Virus record (IMG/VR): IMGVR_UViG_3300016471_000302
Location: 1-38,852 of that record
Length of the DNA: 38,852 bases
Origin: a virus
Taxonomy: Duplodnaviria; Caudoviricetes
Direction: 5' to 3' (one strand)
The translations under genes were made by a program, and so were the position numbers. This document shows positions 35,232 to 38,852 of this stretch, piece after piece (position 1 is the stretch's first letter; every line of letters starts with the position of its first letter). The notes beneath the pieces are model-generated. The model was not told the origin of the DNA. It did not search any database and was given only the letters and a program-made list of their open reading frames with translations.

Positions 35232-35536
35232 CCGACACCCTCCGCACGACGAGGGACCGGCTTCGTCGCGAGCTCGCTTCGGGCACGAACGCGGCCTTCG
35301 AGACAGCTCGCGCGCGTCGTCCGGACCTCGCGCCGTTCGCCAGCATCCTCGACGTGCTGGAGGCCCTCGATTCCCGAAGCACCACAGGTGAAGAGCGGCG
35401 CCACGCCATCGTCGCCGAATTGGTTCGTGAGCACCGCGCCAACGATAAGCAGATTCAGTCACTGGCTATCTCGTGGAAGGCGAGCGTCGAGCCGAGCTTC
35501 TATCTCACCATGCTCAACGTGAAGGTGATGGCATGA
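35228..35536 (+). CDS. Chimeric ORF: unknown helical fragment fused to a RusA-like C-terminus (102 aa)
   Basis: ATGA overlap; ends [13 protein letters not shown]...LNVKV, matching the RusA DD.QI..L...K pattern. Confidence 0.55.
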   Translation: MTDTLRTTRDRLRRELASGTNAAFETARARRPDLAPFASILDVLEALDSRSTTGEERRHAIVAELVREHRANDKQIQSLAISWKASVEPSFYLTMLNVKVMA

Positions 35537-35940
35537 CCCGCCCCAAGAGCCGCAACACCGTCTTCAAGATCTGGCTCGAACCAGGCGTCGATGCCGTCAT
35601 GCGTCAGTATTGCGACGAGACCGGCATGTCGCTCAACGCCTTCGTGCGGTACGCCATCGGCGCAACCCTCACGACCATGACCAAAGCCGACGCGCGAGAC
35701 GTGCCCACGCACGCCCAGACCTACGGTCGCCTGTCGCGTCAGTCCGTCACCTTGCGCCTCACGAACTACGAACGGAAAAGCCTGGAAAGCATGGCGTCCA
35801 AGCTTCTGATGCAGAAGGAACGATCATACTCCAGGCTCATCCGCTACTCGATCATGCGCGCTTGCTCTTTGCTTTCTTCCGACGCATCACGTCGAGAGCA
35901 ATTGCAAGCGCCTGCTTGCGCGGATAGCCCTCTTCCTTGA
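35533..35940 (+). CDS. Tandem ribbon-helix-helix regulator (135 aa)
   Basis: VFKIWL...G.SLNAFVRYAI and VTLRLT..E...L....SYSRLIRYSI. Confidence 0.7.
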   Translation: MTRPKSRNTVFKIWLEPGVDAVMRQYCDETGMSLNAFVRYAIGATLTTMTKADARDVPTHAQTYGRLSRQSVTLRLTNYERKSLESMASKLLMQKERSYSRLIRYSIMRACSLLSSDASRREQLQAPACADSPLP

Positions 35941-36388
35941 GCTTGGTGAGGTTCTTCCCGATGTTCTTCTTGCCTGGCATGAGTGGCATGGAGTTCCTCG
36001 CTGCTGCGGTCTTCGCCGCGATCTTGGTGGGTTGAGGGGAGAACTGCTTGCCGGCTGCGGTGTCCTCGCGCTTCTTGCGTGAGGTCGCCGCGTACTCAGA
36101 CGGGCTGAGCTCTTCGCGAGCCTTGCGCGGCAGGTACCGCTCGCCAGTAGCGTTCGGTCCCTGGGTCGACGGCTGGCCGGACTTGGTTCCCCAGTCCTCC
36201 TTCGTCCACTTCGAGAGCGACTTCTGGGCACCCGTCCTCGACCCGCTGTAGCCACCACCCGCAGCCTCGTATTCCTGGGCCAGGAGCTGGGCTTTACGGG
36301 CCGACCACTGGCCAGGCTTGCCGCCCTTGCTGCCAGCCATGATGCGGTCCTTGATGCGCTCCCTGAGCTTGGCGTTGGTGTAGGCCAT
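35852..36388 (-). CDS. DUF5872-like basic phage protein with an extra C-terminal module (178 aa)
   Basis: GG..GQWSARKAQLL...Y...GGGY, SL.KW..E.W, YLP motifs; AGGA SD. Confidence 0.75.
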   Translation of the reverse strand: MAYTNAKLRERIKDRIMAGSKGGKPGQWSARKAQLLAQEYEAAGGGYSGSRTGAQKSLSKWTKEDWGTKSGQPSTQGPNATGERYLPRKAREELSPSEYAATSRKKREDTAAGKQFSPQPTKIAAKTAAARNSMPLMPGKKNIGKNLTKLKEEGYPRKQALAIALDVMRRKKAKSKRA

Positions 36389-36396
36389 GACGGTTC

Positions 36397-36996
36397 CTAG
36401 AGCATGATGACGGTCGGCAACTGCACGCCCGTGAGCTTCTTCTCGTAGCTCCGGGCGATGCTGTCGACAATCTTGGAGTACTCCTCCTCGCTCGCCGTGA
36501 AGTATCCAGCCTTCTTCAGCTCGCGCACATAGGCCTTGGCGTCACCCTTCTTCGCGGCCTCGATGGCCTTGGGGAAGCGTCGGAACAGCAAATCCAGATG
36601 GTCTCTCGCAGCCGTATCGAGATCGTCCCACGAAGCGAAGCAGTTCATCGACTGCTTGCCAGAGACCTTCACGGTCTTGAACTTGTCGTCGACCTTCAGG
36701 ACCGTCACCTCCCCAGGCTTGGCCGTGGAGATGAGCTTGTCGGCGACCGGGTGCGACAGGCGCTCCGTCGTCGTGAAGTAGGTCCAGTCGCATGTGCCGT
36801 GCTTCTTCGCACCGCCCAGGTTGTAGTTGTAGACCGACTTCCAGTGGCCAGTCTCAAGCGCACTCTGGGCGTGCAGGATGTGGATGATCTTGCGGTCAGG
36901 AGTCGAGCCGGTAAGCGTCTGCCAGGCCAGCCCGAGCGCGAGGAATACCTGCTCAGGGGTCACTGGCGTTGCCTTACACGGCTTCTCGACGCCCAT
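36397..36996 (-). CDS. Endolysin, GH73 glucosaminidase (FlgJ-like), 199 aa
   Basis: AQSALETG, N.GG.K, F.S, L..AGYFT....Y motifs. Confidence 0.82.
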   Translation of the reverse strand: MGVEKPCKATPVTPEQVFLALGLAWQTLTGSTPDRKIIHILHAQSALETGHWKSVYNYNLGGAKKHGTCDWTYFTTTERLSHPVADKLISTAKPGEVTVLKVDDKFKTVKVSGKQSMNCFASWDDLDTAARDHLDLLFRRFPKAIEAAKKGDAKAYVRELKKAGYFTASEEEYSKIVDSIARSYEKKLTGVQLPTVIML

Positions 36997-37175
36997 CAAT
37001 CCTCCTCGCCGTCCTTGCGCTGGAGCTCACGAAGCTTCTTCTCAGCCTCGCTCGTCCCGGACAGGATCGTCTTCACCGGAGGCACGTCGTCGAAGAGACG
37101 CGGAAGCATGTCAGGCGCGTTCTTCGCCAGCCACTCCAGCACGTACTTGAGCACTTCCTCAGTGGTGATGTTCAC
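36996..37175 (-). CDS. Small hypothetical protein in the lysis cassette (59 aa)
   Basis: GGAGG SD; GTGA overlap. Confidence 0.6.
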   Translation of the reverse strand: MNITTEEVLKYVLEWLAKNAPDMLPRLFDDVPPVKTILSGTSEAEKKLRELQRKDGEED

Positions 37176-37417
37176 GGCCCCTCCAGCTTGATGAGCACCG
37201 ACTTCAGCTCCCCGTACGCTGCGATACAGCCTGCGGCTTCCTGCTCGTTCTGCGCCTCTTGGGCGCATCGAGCGTCGCCTTCTTTGACCGCGAGCGCGAC
37301 GTAGCGGATGTACGCCTGGGCGGGAGCCAGCCTCTGCGACGAAGGCCAGCGGACAGGGCAGCAACCCATAGCCGCGCCAGCAAGAGCCAGAACCGCCAGC
37401 CGTTTCGCATGACTCAT
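37172..37417 (-). CDS. Putative lipoprotein (o-spanin-like), 81 aa
   Basis: MSHAKRLAVLALAGAAMG-C lipobox-like signal; GGAGG SD; additional cysteines. Confidence 0.55.
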   Translation of the reverse strand: MSHAKRLAVLALAGAAMGCCPVRWPSSQRLAPAQAYIRYVALAVKEGDARCAQEAQNEQEAAGCIAAYGELKSVLIKLEGP

Positions 37418-37632
37418 TGCTTGCCTCCTGCCACGAACTCGCCGATGGCCGAGACCATCTTCACGGGGTCCAAACCCGTAGCGCGGAGGAAGCGGGTGAA
37501 GGCTGCGCGACGCGGCGAGCGATCGTTCAGCTCCACCCACTCCTCGGGCGTACGGGTGCGCAAGATGATGTTCAGAATGCCGGTGATGGCAGGCCAGATG
37601 AACACCGCCCAGAGTTCAACGTGCTCGCTCAT
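37414..37632 (-). CDS. Holin-like membrane protein (72 aa)
   Basis: N-terminal TM segment; lies upstream of the endolysin. Confidence 0.5.
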   Translation of the reverse strand: MSEHVELWAVFIWPAITGILNIILRTRTPEEWVELNDRSPRRAAFTRFLRATGLDPVKMVSAIGEFVAGGKQ

Positions 37633-37861
37633 GGCTGCTTCCGTTCATGCTCTGGCGCTCGTAGTCGCTCATCGCCTTGATGATGCCGATGGCCGTTTCG
37701 TGCGTAGCCACGCTCGCCTGGAGCTGGTCGACTTTGGCCGTCAGGGCAGCAAGGGCGGTGGTGACCGCGCGCATCTCCGCAGAGATACGCGAGGCCCACC
37801 AGATAGCCGCTCCTGCCTGCAACAGCAGGAACGTCGCGAGGCTCAGGAGCGGCGCGAGCAT
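37616..37861 (-). CDS. TM plus coiled-coil protein (holin/i-spanin-like), 81 aa
   Basis: TGATG overlap; one TM segment followed by heptad repeats. Confidence 0.55.
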   Translation of the reverse strand: MLAPLLSLATFLLLQAGAAIWWASRISAEMRAVTTALAALTAKVDQLQASVATHETAIGIIKAMSDYERQSMNGSSHERAR

Positions 37862-38043
37862 CACGCCTGCGCCTGCTCGGCGACGACGGGAGCCACCTGC
37901 TGCGGAGGCGTGAGCCCCAGCTTGTCGCGCAGCGCGATGAGCGCGTCGTTCGTCGCGACGGCCTCGTGCAGCTCCAGCAAGCCGCCCTTCTGGGCGCGCA
38001 TGACGACGGCGATGATGTTCTGGAATGCTTGCTCTGTGGTCAT
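37861..38043 (-). CDS. Hypothetical protein (60 aa)
   Basis: GGAGGA SD; ATGA overlap. Confidence 0.65.
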   Translation of the reverse strand: MTTEQAFQNIIAVVMRAQKGGLLELHEAVATNDALIALRDKLGLTPPQQVAPVVAEQAQA

Positions 38044-38435
38044 TTCGGTTCCTCCGAGTCTGCAACCGAAGGTGCCACGGGAGCGATGGTGTCGTCAACC
38101 ACCGGAGGAAGCGGCGCCCCATCAGGCAGCACGGGCGGTGCTGTGATGACCGGCGCGGGAGGCTCGACGACGGCGGGCGCGTCGGGCACGATCTCGACGA
38201 TGGTCAGGCCCAACGCGGTCGCGGTGTACGTGTAGAGGTACTCATCGTTCGTGCCCCACGCGGCGTAGGCGTCGCCCTCGATGGCGATCTGGCCGGTGCC
38301 CACGGTAGCCTTGGCGGCGTCCACGAGCTGCCAGCCCCAGCCCGCGCGGGAGCCAGGGAACACGGTCACGTTGGCGATGAGCAGGCCCACGGCGGGCTGC
38401 GGAAAGGCGGGAACGGGTTCAATAATGGCGTACAT
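38040..38435 (-). CDS. Putative tail-fibre assembly/associated protein (131 aa)
   Basis: Directly follows the fibre gene; Y..WG..D.Y......LGL motif and a Pro-rich tail. Confidence 0.6.
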   Translation of the reverse strand: MYAIIEPVPAFPQPAVGLLIANVTVFPGSRAGWGWQLVDAAKATVGTGQIAIEGDAYAAWGTNDEYLYTYTATALGLTIVEIVPDAPAVVEPPAPVITAPPVLPDGAPLPPVVDDTIAPVAPSVADSEEPK

Positions 38436-38441
38436 GGTGCC

Positions 38442-38830
38442 TCAGGTGACGGGGTAACAGACCGTAAACGTCAAAACCGAATCGGCTGCAAAGTCGGTGT
38501 TTGTGATTGCCGACACAACGCCAGCCGTTGACGTTTGATAAAGCTCGACGATGCCAGAGTTGACGCTGATTAGGCCGTGAAGTTGACCAGTAAACGTGAC
38601 CTTGGAATTGTAGCCGATTGCGATTGAATAGTAGATCGTCGCGGCCACGTTTGCCGACGTGGGAAGACCTGAAATGGTTGCGGAGCCCGTTGCGCTGCCC
38701 TTGCTCGAAAGCGCAATCGTGCCCTGCGCAAAGACCATGTTGCCAATGCGCGTGTACCGTCCAACCTGGCTGCCAGTGATGCCTGTCGTCGCTCCACCAA
38801 ATCGCAGGCTGGGCGTCCACGTCACGCCGC
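38442..38830 (-). CDS. Tail fibre/spike protein, 3' part
   Basis: In frame with 967..1; TWTP, G.YTRIGNMV and ISGLP motifs of fibre tip domains. Confidence 0.85.
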
Positions 38831-38852
38831 CGCTGTTGGCCGTGCCGCCGTC
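38831..38852. repeat. 22-bp direct repeat identical to 1-22
   Basis: Direct sequence identity. Confidence 0.95.

Noticed and set aside
34689-35442. Insert as an IS, intron or intein with a CGCCAA target duplication
   Set aside because: There is no transposase, terminal inverted repeat or splicing motif, and excision at CGCCAA would not restore a full RusA.
38442-38830. Diversity-generating retroelement or invertible cassette at the fibre tip
   Set aside because: No reverse transcriptase, invertase or duplicated template region was seen.
1-38852. Stop-codon reassignment or tRNA genes
   Set aside because: Genes tile densely under code 11 using all three stops; no cloverleaf was noticed by eye (tRNAscan not run).

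Overview
This window appears to be a complete, circularly assembled, GC-rich dsDNA tailed-phage genome of 38,830 bp; bases 1-22 are identical to 38831-38852. It is probably podovirus-like, since no tape measure or sheath gene is visible. Two arms diverge from a non-coding region at 23673-24553 and converge at 35852-35940. The minus-strand arm holds three or four small ORFs, TerL, portal, scaffold, major capsid, an adaptor and a nozzle that both carry large insertions, three ejection-type proteins, a tail fibre spanning the contig junction, and a lysis cassette with a GH73 endolysin. The plus-strand arm holds a DUF7227/GP88-like Cys protein, small early ORFs, a Rad52-like annealase with a Cas4-like nuclease, an O-like initiator with internal repeats and a DnaC-like ATPase, a PAPS-reductase-family protein, a displaced TerS-like gene, resolvases and an RHH regulator. 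I recognised no integrase, DNA polymerase, ParA/ParB, tRNA or CRISPR array. Four observations stand out. (1) A near-canonical chromosomal parS palindrome with no phage parAB sits beside a putative genome end, at the start of a compositionally distinct early segment. (2) A RusA gene is split by a ~740-bp fragment that delivers an unrelated Hjc-type resolvase. (3) About 410 aa are inserted in the head-tail adaptor. (4) Two intergenic hairpins pair fully only on the antisense strand. All family assignments come from motifs recognised by eye, not from database searches.
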